Below, piece by piece: positions 1-9,678 of a stretch of DNA of 64,000 nucleotides. The stretch is from Candidatus Woesearchaeota archaeon. Lineage in GTDB: Archaea > Nanobdellota > Nanobdellia > Pacearchaeales > GW2011-AR1. The position numbers and the translations under genes are program-made. The DNA lies in contig CAYFMD010000002.1 in assembly GCA_964344105.1 (NCBI GenBank), positions 2,905 to 66,904 of the forward strand. Direction: 5' to 3'. The stretch's first letter is position 1. Each line of letters starts with the position of its first letter. The notes under the pieces were generated by a model. It had not been told where the DNA came from, ran no database searches, and saw nothing but the letters and a program-made list of their open reading frames with translations.

Positions 1-82
1 GTAGCCTTCAAGACTTTCTACGACAAGGTTAGATATAGAGTTTAATAGATAGCTTTATAATCTGTTTCTATTCTGAATTTTT

Positions 83-721
83 ATGGATATTGGATATCAT
101 AATAGAAATAGGATAGTTGACAGTCTTTGTAGTCCTGGGTCTGAATCTGGAAATTTTATTTATATGGTTCATGGGGTAAATAGGAATATTCTTAGAAGTG
201 ACTCCTTGTTAAGGGAAAGATTACAAGATTTAAGGACATCTGATTTCAGGTACAATGCATCATTAGTTGGAAATTTAGGAGATGTTAGTCAAATGTCTAT
301 GATGAATCCTGCTGGAATTATGGTTAAGCCAAGGCCTGAAGATATTTATGTTGCATGGTATGAAGATCTAAGTACTCCTACAAATCAGGGGAGTCTAAGA
401 AAATGGGTCGACCAGCATAAAGGTAAAATTTTAGGGCCTCGTGAAATTATTAACTTTCCACATAGGTATTTTACACATCTTGTTTTGGGAGGGAATCCTG
501 AAATTGAAATCCAATCAATTGTCGCAAGAGAAAATACTCCTCCCGAATATATCGATTCAATAACAAGGGTGCTTTCAGATGAGGGGATAACCGATCTACC
601 AATAACAACTCTAAGGCCTAGATATCCTTTTTGGATGCTACCAGAATCAGACATTCCTATTAAGCAAAGAATGAGAACTTTCCAAGAATGCAAGCCTAAT
701 GAGTTAGCTGCATTGGTTTAA
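83..721 (+). CDS. hypothetical protein
   Basis: 212-aa ORF with no motif I recognise. An internal antisense ORF at 385..693 is ignored. Confidence 0.35.
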   Translation: MDIGYHNRNRIVDSLCSPGSESGNFIYMVHGVNRNILRSDSLLRERLQDLRTSDFRYNASLVGNLGDVSQMSMMNPAGIMVKPRPEDIYVAWYEDLSTPTNQGSLRKWVDQHKGKILGPREIINFPHRYFTHLVLGGNPEIEIQSIVARENTPPEYIDSITRVLSDEGITDLPITTLRPRYPFWMLPESDIPIKQRMRTFQECKPNELAALV

Positions 722-1980
722 ACACTTAAAACAGGCTTAACTTCATAATAATCATGATTAAGTCCTTGCAATACATCCACAACAACTCTTGCAGCATACT
801 CTATCCCATCTAAAGTTCCATAATTGGCCTGCAACCTATCATTATATCTTCCAACACTCCCTGCTAATTCAATAGATCTTTCTAAAGCAGCTTTTGGATC
901 ATCATCTATTACTGCGGCTAGCCCAAACTTTCTCATTCCTCTTTCATTTAACCACATCTCAGGGTCATCTTTAAAGTAATATTTGGGGCTAATGAATCCT
1001 TTACCAGATAAATGGGAGAGCCAAACCGCACTCCAACCAGCTCTTGCATACTGACTAACAATGCTTGGATTATTAACCTTATTTGGAGCTAATGGCAGTG
1101 CCTGATCTCTAATTTTTTCTGGCAGTCCTCCTATAGAAAATGGTGGTGCATAAATTTGTAATCCCAAATCTGTAACTGCATCATACATTCCACTTTCTCT
1201 AATTACATCAATTCCTGTAGCCATTAAGTAAACTCCTTCTCCCCTTAATTCAGTTTCATCCAATTTTGGAGGGTGTATAAAAGGTGGTGTAAAAATCTCA
1301 CCTGCACCTCTGGGCCTTTCAGCATCATAAGAAAAAACTCCGGGATCGTTAGACATAATCATTATTTGATCAGCAATCATCCTCCTTGCAAAAGGTATTA
1401 CTGCTCTCATGGCATCACTATCAATACTAACTCCAGGATCTGCTATAGCTCTTTCCAGTAATTCATCAAATGGGCCGGCCCCTCCTGGGGTGTAAAATTG
1501 TTTAGGTAATCCGGTCTGAACCCGATTATTCAATCCCAATTGGAATTGACAGTCTCTCAAATCAATACTTACTGGCCTTCCATCAAAATACTCTAATTCT
1601 CTAACTCCGCCTAAATGCCTTTGAACACCTACTTCAATTCCATCGTAATCTCTAACTAGTATGCCTAAATTATTTACATAACTAGTTCCATGAAACATTA
1701 ATCCATGTAACAAATCGCCTTGAACTCTATCAATCACAATCTCATCAGGATGATCTTCAAAAAATGTTGGAGAAACATTATTTACAATTTCTTCAGCCAT
1801 AATTCTTTTTTGCCTATCTTTATCCTGATAGACTAATGGAACTACAAACTTCTGCCTAGGTGCCCCTCTTCTTTCAAATTCATCATTTACAGCAATAGCC
1901 CACTCAACAGTTCTAGAATAAGGACCATTTCCATGAGCAAAAGTGGTGTTAAAAACCATGAAAAATCTAACAAAATTCAA
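718..1980 (-). CDS. conserved hypothetical protein of 420 aa, function unknown
   Basis: Long uninterrupted ORF whose start overlaps the upstream gene. No diagnostic motif recognised. Confidence 0.45.
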   Translation of the reverse strand: MNFVRFFMVFNTTFAHGNGPYSRTVEWAIAVNDEFERRGAPRQKFVVPLVYQDKDRQKRIMAEEIVNNVSPTFFEDHPDEIVIDRVQGDLLHGLMFHGTSYVNNLGILVRDYDGIEVGVQRHLGGVRELEYFDGRPVSIDLRDCQFQLGLNNRVQTGLPKQFYTPGGAGPFDELLERAIADPGVSIDSDAMRAVIPFARRMIADQIMIMSNDPGVFSYDAERPRGAGEIFTPPFIHPPKLDETELRGEGVYLMATGIDVIRESGMYDAVTDLGLQIYAPPFSIGGLPEKIRDQALPLAPNKVNNPSIVSQYARAGWSAVWLSHLSGKGFISPKYYFKDDPEMWLNERGMRKFGLAAVIDDDPKAALERSIELAGSVGRYNDRLQANYGTLDGIEYAARVVVDVLQGLNHDYYEVKPVLSV

Positions 1981-1997
1981 CTTTTAAAGACTTATAT

Positions 1998-2606
1998 TCA
2001 AAATTCTATATTTCTCTCTTTCAATTCTTCAACCAACTTATCATATCCAACAAATAATACAGAAGGCCATCCTGCCCTTTCAGAACCTTCAAGATAAACA
2101 GGATCATTATCTATAAACAAAACATCTTCTACATTAACTCCAAGATCACTCAAAACCTTATCATAAATTTCTTGATTAGGCTTTCTACACTTAAGATCAG
2201 TTGAAGTGTAAGCTTTCTCAAAATGATCAAACAATCCATGTTCCTTATTATAATCTGCAATCTCAATCTCAGTATTTGTCAAAGCAACAACCTTATAATT
2301 TTTCTTTAACTTTTCAATCAAATCCAGCATGTCTGGATTTTTCTCTGTAGAAGTCTCCACATAAATCTTAAGATGAAAATCTAATATCTCTTGCGGATCA
2401 ACATTCTTCCCTAAAACTTGAACAATCTCAGCATACATTTCCAAAAGAGTAATCTCTCCAGATGTAACTCTATTTTTCAATTCCTTACTTATTTTCTGGT
2501 AATCTTCCAAACTAACTCCAATCATCTCAGCTATCTTACCAGCTATGTAATCTGCTTTCTCGGCAACAATTACTCCGCCTAGATCAAATATAATCACCTT
2601 TGTCAT
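1998..2606 (-). CDS. HAD superfamily hydrolase (subfamily IA-like)
   Basis: Motif I IIFDLGGVIV, conserved Lys region KCRKPNQEIY, motif III VLFIDNDPVY. Confidence 0.7.
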   Translation of the reverse strand: MTKVIIFDLGGVIVAEKADYIAGKIAEMIGVSLEDYQKISKELKNRVTSGEITLLEMYAEIVQVLGKNVDPQEILDFHLKIYVETSTEKNPDMLDLIEKLKKNYKVVALTNTEIEIADYNKEHGLFDHFEKAYTSTDLKCRKPNQEIYDKVLSDLGVNVEDVLFIDNDPVYLEGSERAGWPSVLFVGYDKLVEELKERNIEF

Positions 2607-2640
2607 AATAATATTTAGAAATAATGTTATTTAATCATTA

Positions 2641-3540
2641 TCATAAAACCTCATAGCCTAATCCTAATCCATCCGCTTCTTCTTTCATAATCCCTACGAC
2701 GCCCTCCCTATACCTTCCAGCATCATCTGTCTTTCTAAATGGTTGCCCATCAGCTCTTTGTCTTGGAACATTAAATGTAACCATACTTTGTTTGTTAGTA
2801 TCGTGGAAAATCGCAGCTTGCTGGTCTCCATATTCAGCACTCCATCTAAACCCAAATTCTGGAAAAATTTCACTTTCAATCCTGCCAGCAACCCTCGTTT
2901 CAAAATCTCCTTTAAGCGCCGACAATAAATCTGGTTCTATTTCATGAACATAATTTTCAGTCCCACCATCAAGTACATTAACATGTATCGCACCAGACTC
3001 CACCAACAACAAATAAGGATGATCAACCACTGCAGAATTTGATAATAATCTTTCATCCAACCCATAGGCCGTTCTAAATTCTTGATTTACTGCTAAAGAA
3101 GATCCTGTCAATACAGTAACATATGGATTACCATCATTTCCCATATCTAATGCAAGTTTAGAAAATCTCGGTCCTCCACTTATATCTCCTCCTTGCTTTA
3201 ACACTCCATCCTTGTCTGAAACTATTAATTCTATACCTCTGTCCCTACACTGGGCATAAAAATCTTCAAATCCATTATAAGCCTCTGAACCAGAGACATG
3301 GCCTCCATGACCTGAGACATATTCTCTAACTTCGCTTTGAGCATTAGCGGGAGCACCAATAAATCCTAGTCCTGAAATTGAAAGCATTGGCAAATCAATC
3401 TTCTCATCTCCGATAACAGCGATTTTTTCCAATGGAATTCCAAATCTATCTACTAATCCTGGAAAACATTCATCTTTTGTAATAATCGCAGCATCAACTG
3501 CTGCATTATTTGCCATAATTTTAATATTTCTATCCATCAC
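2641..3540 (-). CDS. HAD-like domain protein (atypical)
   Basis: IAVIGDEKIDLPML resembles KdsC-type motif III. ELIVSDKDGVL resembles motif I but lies further downstream, an unusual order. Confidence 0.35.
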   Translation of the reverse strand: MMDRNIKIMANNAAVDAAIITKDECFPGLVDRFGIPLEKIAVIGDEKIDLPMLSISGLGFIGAPANAQSEVREYVSGHGGHVSGSEAYNGFEDFYAQCRDRGIELIVSDKDGVLKQGGDISGGPRFSKLALDMGNDGNPYVTVLTGSSLAVNQEFRTAYGLDERLLSNSAVVDHPYLLLVESGAIHVNVLDGGTENYVHEIEPDLLSALKGDFETRVAGRIESEIFPEFGFRWSAEYGDQQAAIFHDTNKQSMVTFNVPRQRADGQPFRKTDDAGRYREGVVGIMKEEADGLGLGYEVL

Positions 3541-4361
3541 TAACCTCCATGATAAAATATTGGATCATTGCCCCAATACTCCGCCATATCCAATCCAACT
3601 GGATTGCGAGTAAATAATTTAAGTGATTGTTTATAAAATCCCCAATTTTCTTCATATCTTAGATCTACATTAGTAATATGAAGTCCTAATTCTCCAGCGA
3701 GCCCTTCGAGGTCTTCAGGGATTCCTGCACAATCAATTAATAATTTTGAATCTTCATGAGCGTAGTTTCTAAATAATTCTAATTGAGACGGTATTTCTGG
3801 GCCCCACGAGTAACTAAAAAATACTTCAACCGCTCCTATGTCCAAACCTAATGCATCGTATGGATCTCTCTCGCTAAAGTCTAAGAGAAATCTATCACTA
3901 AGATTCTCATCACCTCTAGATTCATCCCATGCAGAATATCTTGATTCTCTTCCACTGGGATGGTGTTTTAGAAATCTTCCTGATTCATATCTTGCTGCTA
4001 TGCCTCCATTACCTCTTCCTTCTACATAGTCTCTGGGATAAAAAGATCCCTCAACAAGCTCGCAAACAGAATCTCCTCCCAAATTCATCCCTCTAAGATG
4101 CCTATCATCAGAATCTTCATCTGATTTTGATATCCTAATGTTTTCAATTCCTCGACCAAATACTTCTCTATTAATTTCAATACCATATGCTCTAAAGCCC
4201 GAATTTGCAGCAGCAATAATGCACCTTGCATCCCCTGCCCCCCAATCCATAAAAGAAGAACCTTCTCTAAGAATACCAAACCTAAAAAGCCTATCAAAAT
4301 GTCTAGTCAAATGAGATATGTCTTGATACTTAGAAAATCCTTCAGTAAACTGATTATTCAT
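3540..4361 (-). CDS. class I SAM-dependent methyltransferase
   Basis: FMDWGAGDARCIIAAANSGFRAYGIEI, a Gly-rich SAM-binding motif I followed by an acidic residue. Confidence 0.5.
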   Translation of the reverse strand: MNNQFTEGFSKYQDISHLTRHFDRLFRFGILREGSSFMDWGAGDARCIIAAANSGFRAYGIEINREVFGRGIENIRISKSDEDSDDRHLRGMNLGGDSVCELVEGSFYPRDYVEGRGNGGIAARYESGRFLKHHPSGRESRYSAWDESRGDENLSDRFLLDFSERDPYDALGLDIGAVEVFFSYSWGPEIPSQLELFRNYAHEDSKLLIDCAGIPEDLEGLAGELGLHITNVDLRYEENWGFYKQSLKLFTRNPVGLDMAEYWGNDPIFYHGG

Positions 4362-4393
4362 AAAATTCCAAAAATATAGCCCTATTTAAAGAT

Positions 4394-5281
4394 TCATTTA
4401 GTACTATCAATTCTCTCCCACCCATCCTCATACGCCTTATCCTTAACCTTAGTATCATAGAAAACTCTAACCCACATATTCAATCTGGCTACAACTAATT
4501 TTAATGTCCAGTAAAACTCCATCAAATTATTGGGGTATGTAAACAAATACTTAAGGCCCTTAGATTCATTTGAAAAACTCTTTGTCTTCTCAGCAACTTC
4601 CAAATTAACATACTTACCCAATGTCTCATGAGCCTTACTCGTTCTAATCTTCTGCTTTAACCAATCTTCCCAGTTATCCACATTCTTCACATATACTCTA
4701 GCATTCTCCTCATAACCTATCTTATAGCCCTTCTCATAAAAGAAATAAGGCATCACAGTATCTTCAGCCACATCTAATGGTAAGTCTCCTATAACTCCAT
4801 TCCTAAAAGCCCACAAGTAACCAGAACATTCCAAAAACTTTCCAGAATCAAACAAACTCTTCCTTAAATCATGGGCCGCATCAAACAAGAAATTAGCCCA
4901 ATATCCATATTGATCTCCTCTAGTCTCTTGAGGAACCGGCCTCCCAGTAACACACCCAACCTTTGGATCCTCAAAATGCTTCATGATAGCATTTATCGAA
5001 CCATCAGACATATACACATCTCCATCAGTCAAAATGAAAACATCTCCCCTAAGTTTCTTAAACATAAGATTAAGGGCATAACTCTTTCCTTTCCCAGGAT
5101 CTTTAAACAACTTAATCCTAAAATTTCTGTCCTTATACTTCTTAGCAACAGTCAACGTCTCAATATCTGGCGCACTGACAATAAGTTCATAATCATGATC
5201 AATATCCTGATCAATAATGGACTCGATACATTTTCCAATAGTATCTGGTTCCTTAAATGAAGTTATTATTATTGAAATCAT
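4394..5281 (-). CDS. family 2 glycosyltransferase (GT-A fold)
   Basis: N-terminal ISIIITSFKEP and DxD-like ILTDGDVYM. Confidence 0.7.
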   Translation of the reverse strand: MISIIITSFKEPDTIGKCIESIIDQDIDHDYELIVSAPDIETLTVAKKYKDRNFRIKLFKDPGKGKSYALNLMFKKLRGDVFILTDGDVYMSDGSINAIMKHFEDPKVGCVTGRPVPQETRGDQYGYWANFLFDAAHDLRKSLFDSGKFLECSGYLWAFRNGVIGDLPLDVAEDTVMPYFFYEKGYKIGYEENARVYVKNVDNWEDWLKQKIRTSKAHETLGKYVNLEVAEKTKSFSNESKGLKYLFTYPNNLMEFYWTLKLVVARLNMWVRVFYDTKVKDKAYEDGWERIDSTK

Positions 5282-5847
5282 CTTTTGCTTTCTAAAAATG
5301 CATCCTCAATGAGTTTAGCAAGGATATGTAAAATCAAGAGATGACATTCCTGGACTCTTGCAGTAGAATCAGAATCTATAATGATCTCAACATCCCCTTT
5401 ACCTCTCATCTTTCCACCACCTTTCCCCAATAAATTAATAACCTTTATTCCTTTGATTCTATCAATAGCTTCAATTAAATTTGCAGAATTTCCAGATGTT
5501 GTGAAACAAACTAAAACATCTCCTTTCCTGCCAATTCCCTCTATTTGTCTTTTGAAAACCTTTTCATAACCATAATCGTTTCCTATAGAGGTCATGTGAG
5601 TAGTATCTGTATTTAAACAAACCCCTGCCATAGGGCCTCTATCTTTCAAAAATTTTCCAACTAATTCTCCTGTAAAATGAACAGCTTGTGAAGCACTCCC
5701 TCCATTGCCACAACTCATCACTTTCCCTCCTTTGCGTAAACAATCTATCATGATATTAGCAGCCTCTTCAATTTGGGGCATAAATTTCCTAACTTGAGCA
5801 ACAGTATCCAAACTGCTATCAATCATCTCTGATACATCTTTTTTCAT
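5278..5847 (-). CDS. gmhA: SIS-domain sedoheptulose-7-phosphate isomerase (GmhA-like)
   Basis: CGNGGSASQAVHFTGEL motif, size 189 aa, next to GmhB-like and heptose kinase-like genes. Confidence 0.7.
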   Translation of the reverse strand: MKKDVSEMIDSSLDTVAQVRKFMPQIEEAANIMIDCLRKGGKVMSCGNGGSASQAVHFTGELVGKFLKDRGPMAGVCLNTDTTHMTSIGNDYGYEKVFKRQIEGIGRKGDVLVCFTTSGNSANLIEAIDRIKGIKVINLLGKGGGKMRGKGDVEIIIDSDSTARVQECHLLILHILAKLIEDAFLESKR

Positions 5848-5898
5848 AGAGTGTATACTTAGAACTTACTTTTAAAGATTTATGAGAATTAAAACAAT

Positions 5899-6756
5899 TT
5901 ATCCAAGAAAATGTCTAAGTCCTTCTAAAGTCCCCTCACCCAATTCTTTTTCAGAGACATATCCATTTTCTCTCATGCCCCTCACATACCACTTCAATTC
6001 ATTTTTTGCATTTGCAGGACAAATAGCATATCTTGTTTCTTCAATCAAATATATATCGCTATGGGAACTATCTCCTACTCCTAGTGCATGGGCCGGATCC
6101 ATTCCTAATTCACCAAGTGCATACCTTGTGAAATGGCCCTTATTAATCCCTGCACTAAAATCTAAAGCAGAATCAGTAGGATTTGCAACTAACAACCCTT
6201 CTCCAAATAAATCCTTCATCTGATCTGGAATGTAATTATCCAGTAGAACTTCATATAACTCTTCTCCAGAAATAGGAGGGTTATCATATGGCAAAATTTC
6301 ATATGTAAAAAGGGTCTTTCTATCTGACATAAATCTTAAGGTTCCTTCTGGAACTCCCCATCCTGCCTCAACACTTTTTGTATCTAAACTAGCTTTCCAT
6401 TTCTGTAAAACATTTAATGGTTCCCTTAGATGAGAAAGTTCATCAACAATATCAACTAATAATCTAGAAGTCCCAGTAACCGGATCATAAACAATACCTC
6501 CTCCCTCATATCCTGATGGAGCATTATTTGCTCCAACCAATTCTGCTACCCTTAATCCCGCAGCCATAGATCTATTTGTACAAAGACCAAACGCAACCTC
6601 TCTTCTTTCATCCATAAAATTCCTTACCTCTCTCATTCGATCAAAATCAGGAGATTCGTCAACTTCCAAAGGAGGCCTACTTTTATTCTCATAGAGCAAA
6701 CAACCATCCGCGTCCGCTATTACAGCCCGAATGTCTCTGGAACCTTTTTTCTTCAT
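5899..6756 (-). CDS. HAD-IIB-like sugar phosphatase
   Basis: Motif I AVIADADGCLL and motif III GVGDSSHSD. Confidence 0.5.
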   Translation of the reverse strand: MKKKGSRDIRAVIADADGCLLYENKSRPPLEVDESPDFDRMREVRNFMDERREVAFGLCTNRSMAAGLRVAELVGANNAPSGYEGGGIVYDPVTGTSRLLVDIVDELSHLREPLNVLQKWKASLDTKSVEAGWGVPEGTLRFMSDRKTLFTYEILPYDNPPISGEELYEVLLDNYIPDQMKDLFGEGLLVANPTDSALDFSAGINKGHFTRYALGELGMDPAHALGVGDSSHSDIYLIEETRYAICPANAKNELKWYVRGMRENGYVSEKELGEGTLEGLRHFLG

Positions 6757-6808
6757 AAAATCTCTAGAAAATATCTCTTAAAAAGCGCAGTGTGTAAACA
6801 ACCATACT

Positions 6809-6822
6809 ATTTGGAAAAAGTT
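6809..6822. promoter_or_regulatory. perfect 14-bp palindrome AAAGTTTAAACTTT in the divergent promoter region upstream of the AbrB/PhoU-like regulator gene
   Basis: Read from the sequence about 45 nt upstream of the ATG at 6868. AT-rich TATA-like elements are nearby. Confidence 0.3.
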
Positions 6823-6867
6823 TAAACTTTTAGATATCTTTAAAAACCCCTCCAATTTAGCATTTTT

Positions 6868-7758
6868 ATGGAAAGAAAGCTTGTAAAACATGGATCATCA
6901 ACATTAATGGTAAGTTTACCAAAAAAATGGTCAGACAGTCAGGGACTGGATAGGGGAGATACTGTTCACATAACTACCGTACCAGACAAATTAATTATTT
7001 CAAAAAAAGAAACAAAGAAGAAGATGCTTGAAGGCACTGCATATTTTGAAGAAGCAAGCTATGATCAGATAAGAGAAAAGTTAGGTGATTTATACAGAAG
7101 AGGATATCAGAAGTTAGAGGTAGGATACAAGGATCCAAAATGCTTCTTCCTAATTGAGCTAATTGTGGGGGCTATACAGGGATTCGAGATTGTTGAACAC
7201 GAAGACAGAAAATGCACAATAAAAAATGTAACTTCTGAACTTTCACTAGATACGCAAGAAATAATAAAGAAGATAGCCAGCATAACCAACTTAGAATTTC
7301 TAGTAATAAGAGAATACTTAGTTGATGGTGAAAAAAACAAATCTAGCGAAATAAGGGCTATAAGAGATGATTGCTGGAAATTCAGAAACATGTTGTATGT
7401 TCATTTAAAGGAAACCCTAATGCTTTCTGCATTTGATGACTATCTTGAAGCTCACTTAATAGAATATAATGCAAGTTTCCTATACTGGCTTTATAGATCA
7501 TTCGATAAGAGTAATCTAAAAAAGGTATCCAAAGAATTTATTGAACTATATGACTCAATACATAAATATTTCAACGAGTCAATAAAAAGAATGAGAAATA
7601 AGGATGAAGATTATGTAAAGTTCATAAAAACAACCAGAGATAACCTTCTGAAGTCTTGTGAAGACCATTCTCTTAAAAACTCAAAAGATAGATTCCTAAT
7701 AATTTATCTTAGCATGATAATTCAGAACATCCAAAATCCAAAAAGCCTGGTAGCATAA
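6868..7758 (+). CDS. putative regulator: AbrB/SpoVT-like N-terminus plus helical PhoU-like body
   Basis: N-terminal KHGSSTLMVSLPKKW swapped-hairpin-like motif, then a helical region. A palindromic site lies upstream. Confidence 0.4.
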   Translation: MERKLVKHGSSTLMVSLPKKWSDSQGLDRGDTVHITTVPDKLIISKKETKKKMLEGTAYFEEASYDQIREKLGDLYRRGYQKLEVGYKDPKCFFLIELIVGAIQGFEIVEHEDRKCTIKNVTSELSLDTQEIIKKIASITNLEFLVIREYLVDGEKNKSSEIRAIRDDCWKFRNMLYVHLKETLMLSAFDDYLEAHLIEYNASFLYWLYRSFDKSNLKKVSKEFIELYDSIHKYFNESIKRMRNKDEDYVKFIKTTRDNLLKSCEDHSLKNSKDRFLIIYLSMIIQNIQNPKSLVA

Positions 7759-7789
7759 TAATTATAAACAAAATCCTTCCTAGAAAATT

Positions 7790-8311
7790 ATGGGATTACT
7801 AGATGTGGTAAATATTGCAGATAAGATAATTGGTCATGCAGACTACACAGAAGTCCATAGAAGGGGATTAAGACATCGTTCAGTGAACATCTGGGCAGTA
7901 AATGCCGAAGGACAACTTGCAGTATCAGAAAGATCCGGAGAACAAGAAGTTAGCGCACATAAATACCATCCTTCTGCAGGGGGCCATCCAAGATTAGGAC
8001 AACCTTACGAATGGGCAATGATAGATCAATTACAAGATGAGTTATTCCATGGCGAAAGTCTTCCAGATGATCCAGTAATTACCGAAATAGCAAGGTATCA
8101 AAATGACACGAAAGCTTGGAATAAAGAAAACACCGTTCTTTATGTATTTAATTGGAGCGGACCATTCACACTAAATCCAAATGAAACAAGAGAAATCTTT
8201 TGGAGGAATCCTAGCACAATTATTGATGAACTTGCAGCAAATGGGGATAGATATACTCAAACTTTTAAAAACGCTTTTGAAAAATACTTAGATTGGCTTG
8301 GCGCCTCTTAA
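7790..8311 (+). CDS. hypothetical protein, weak Nudix-like similarity
   Basis: Segment GGHPRLGQPYEWAMIDQLQDELFHGE only loosely matches the Nudix box. Confidence 0.3.
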   Translation: MGLLDVVNIADKIIGHADYTEVHRRGLRHRSVNIWAVNAEGQLAVSERSGEQEVSAHKYHPSAGGHPRLGQPYEWAMIDQLQDELFHGESLPDDPVITEIARYQNDTKAWNKENTVLYVFNWSGPFTLNPNETREIFWRNPSTIIDELAANGDRYTQTFKNAFEKYLDWLGAS

Positions 8312-9025
8312 ACTCATCAAAGTCTTCTTCCACAAATAATCTTCACACCTCTTAATCCTATCAAGAGTCCCCATATCATGCATGAATTCTTCAGAATGAT
8401 ATCCAAATAATCTTAATCCATGATCTAAAGCTTTAGGATAAATATAATTCTCAAAATTAAAAACTTCCTTGTCCATCAACTTGATTATCTTCGGTTCTAT
8501 AATACAAAGTCCAGAATTAGACAAATTCCCAATACCTCCCCTATTTGTTTCATGTTTGGAAACAAACCTACTAACTCTGGATTCTTTATCTAACTGCAAT
8601 ATATCCGAATCATGAGGATGACTAGACTTATGAACAAGAACACTCATATCAGCATCCTTTTCTTCATGAAAACTTACCATCTTTCTTAAGTTTAAATCAC
8701 AAATATGATCCCCAGAAATATATGCAAACCTTCCATCAATATGCTTTTGAGCTAATTTAATTGGACCTCCACTATCTAATGGCTTATCTTCAATAGAATG
8801 ACTTATCTTAATTCCAAAATCCCTACCATCTTTAAAATGATCAACAATTTTCTCAGCTTTGTAACCATTCATCATCACAATCTCACTTATTCCTTGGCCT
8901 TTAGCCCAATCAACTAGATGATGTAAAACTGGCTTACCATAAATTGGAACCATTGGTTTAGGCAAATCTTTAGTTAAATCTCCAAGCCTCAATCCCTTCC
9001 CTCCTGCATTAATAAACAATTTCAT
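8288..9025 (-). CDS. sugar-1-phosphate nucleotidyltransferase (RmlA/GlmU-like fold)
   Basis: N-terminal INAGGKGLRLGDLTKDLPKPMVPI signature. Confidence 0.7.
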   Translation of the reverse strand: MKLFINAGGKGLRLGDLTKDLPKPMVPIYGKPVLHHLVDWAKGQGISEIVMMNGYKAEKIVDHFKDGRDFGIKISHSIEDKPLDSGGPIKLAQKHIDGRFAYISGDHICDLNLRKMVSFHEEKDADMSVLVHKSSHPHDSDILQLDKESRVSRFVSKHETNRGGIGNLSNSGLCIIEPKIIKLMDKEVFNFENYIYPKALDHGLRLFGYHSEEFMHDMGTLDRIKRCEDYLWKKTLMSLRGAKPI

Positions 9026-9585
9026 TTTAGTATTATCTTTTCAACAGCCTCCTTCAAATCTTTAGCAACGAAATCCGGTGTAGCATCATCAAATCCATCA
9101 TCTCCTCCATATCCTGTACCAACAATAATTGTTTTACATCCGGCTCTTTCTCCAGTCAAAATATCTCCCGTACGATCTCCAACCATATAGCATTCACTTA
9201 AATCTTCAATTCCAAAATGATGTTGAGCAGCCAAAATCATTCCAGGTTTGGGCTTCCTGCACTCACATTCTCTTGTATATTTAGGATCATCTCCTTTTGT
9301 AGGATGATGCGGACAATAATACGTTCTAACAATCTTAGCACCCTTCTCGGCCAACATTTTCTTTAAATGAGCATCTACCTCCCTAGTATCTTCTTCTGTA
9401 CAATAACCTCTAGCAACAACTGGTTGATTAGTTATAATAAAAACTGGCCATCCATTATCATTCAACATCTTAATAGCCTCTGCAGAACCTTCTATAAGCT
9501 CCAAATCTTCTTTCTTATGCAGAAAATTAATCTCTGTATTGATAACCCCATCTCTATCTAAAAACACGGCTTTTTTCATAATCAT
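9022..9585 (-). CDS. gmhB: D,D-heptose 1,7-bisphosphate phosphatase (GmhB-like HAD)
   Basis: FLDRDGVIN motif I and zinc-binding CPHHP...CECRKPKPGM. Confidence 0.75.
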   Translation of the reverse strand: MIMKKAVFLDRDGVINTEINFLHKKEDLELIEGSAEAIKMLNDNGWPVFIITNQPVVARGYCTEEDTREVDAHLKKMLAEKGAKIVRTYYCPHHPTKGDDPKYTRECECRKPKPGMILAAQHHFGIEDLSECYMVGDRTGDILTGERAGCKTIIVGTGYGGDDGFDDATPDFVAKDLKEAVEKIILK

Positions 9586-9678
9586 AAATATCCAATCTTT
9601 TTTTAAGTTTTTAGCAATTACAATCTACTCTATCCACAATACAATAATGCTTAAATAAGAACAACAAAGACAGATTAT

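Noticed and set aside
385-693. 102-aa antisense ORF inside 83..721
   Set aside because: Fully embedded in a longer ORF with no motif. Likely spurious.
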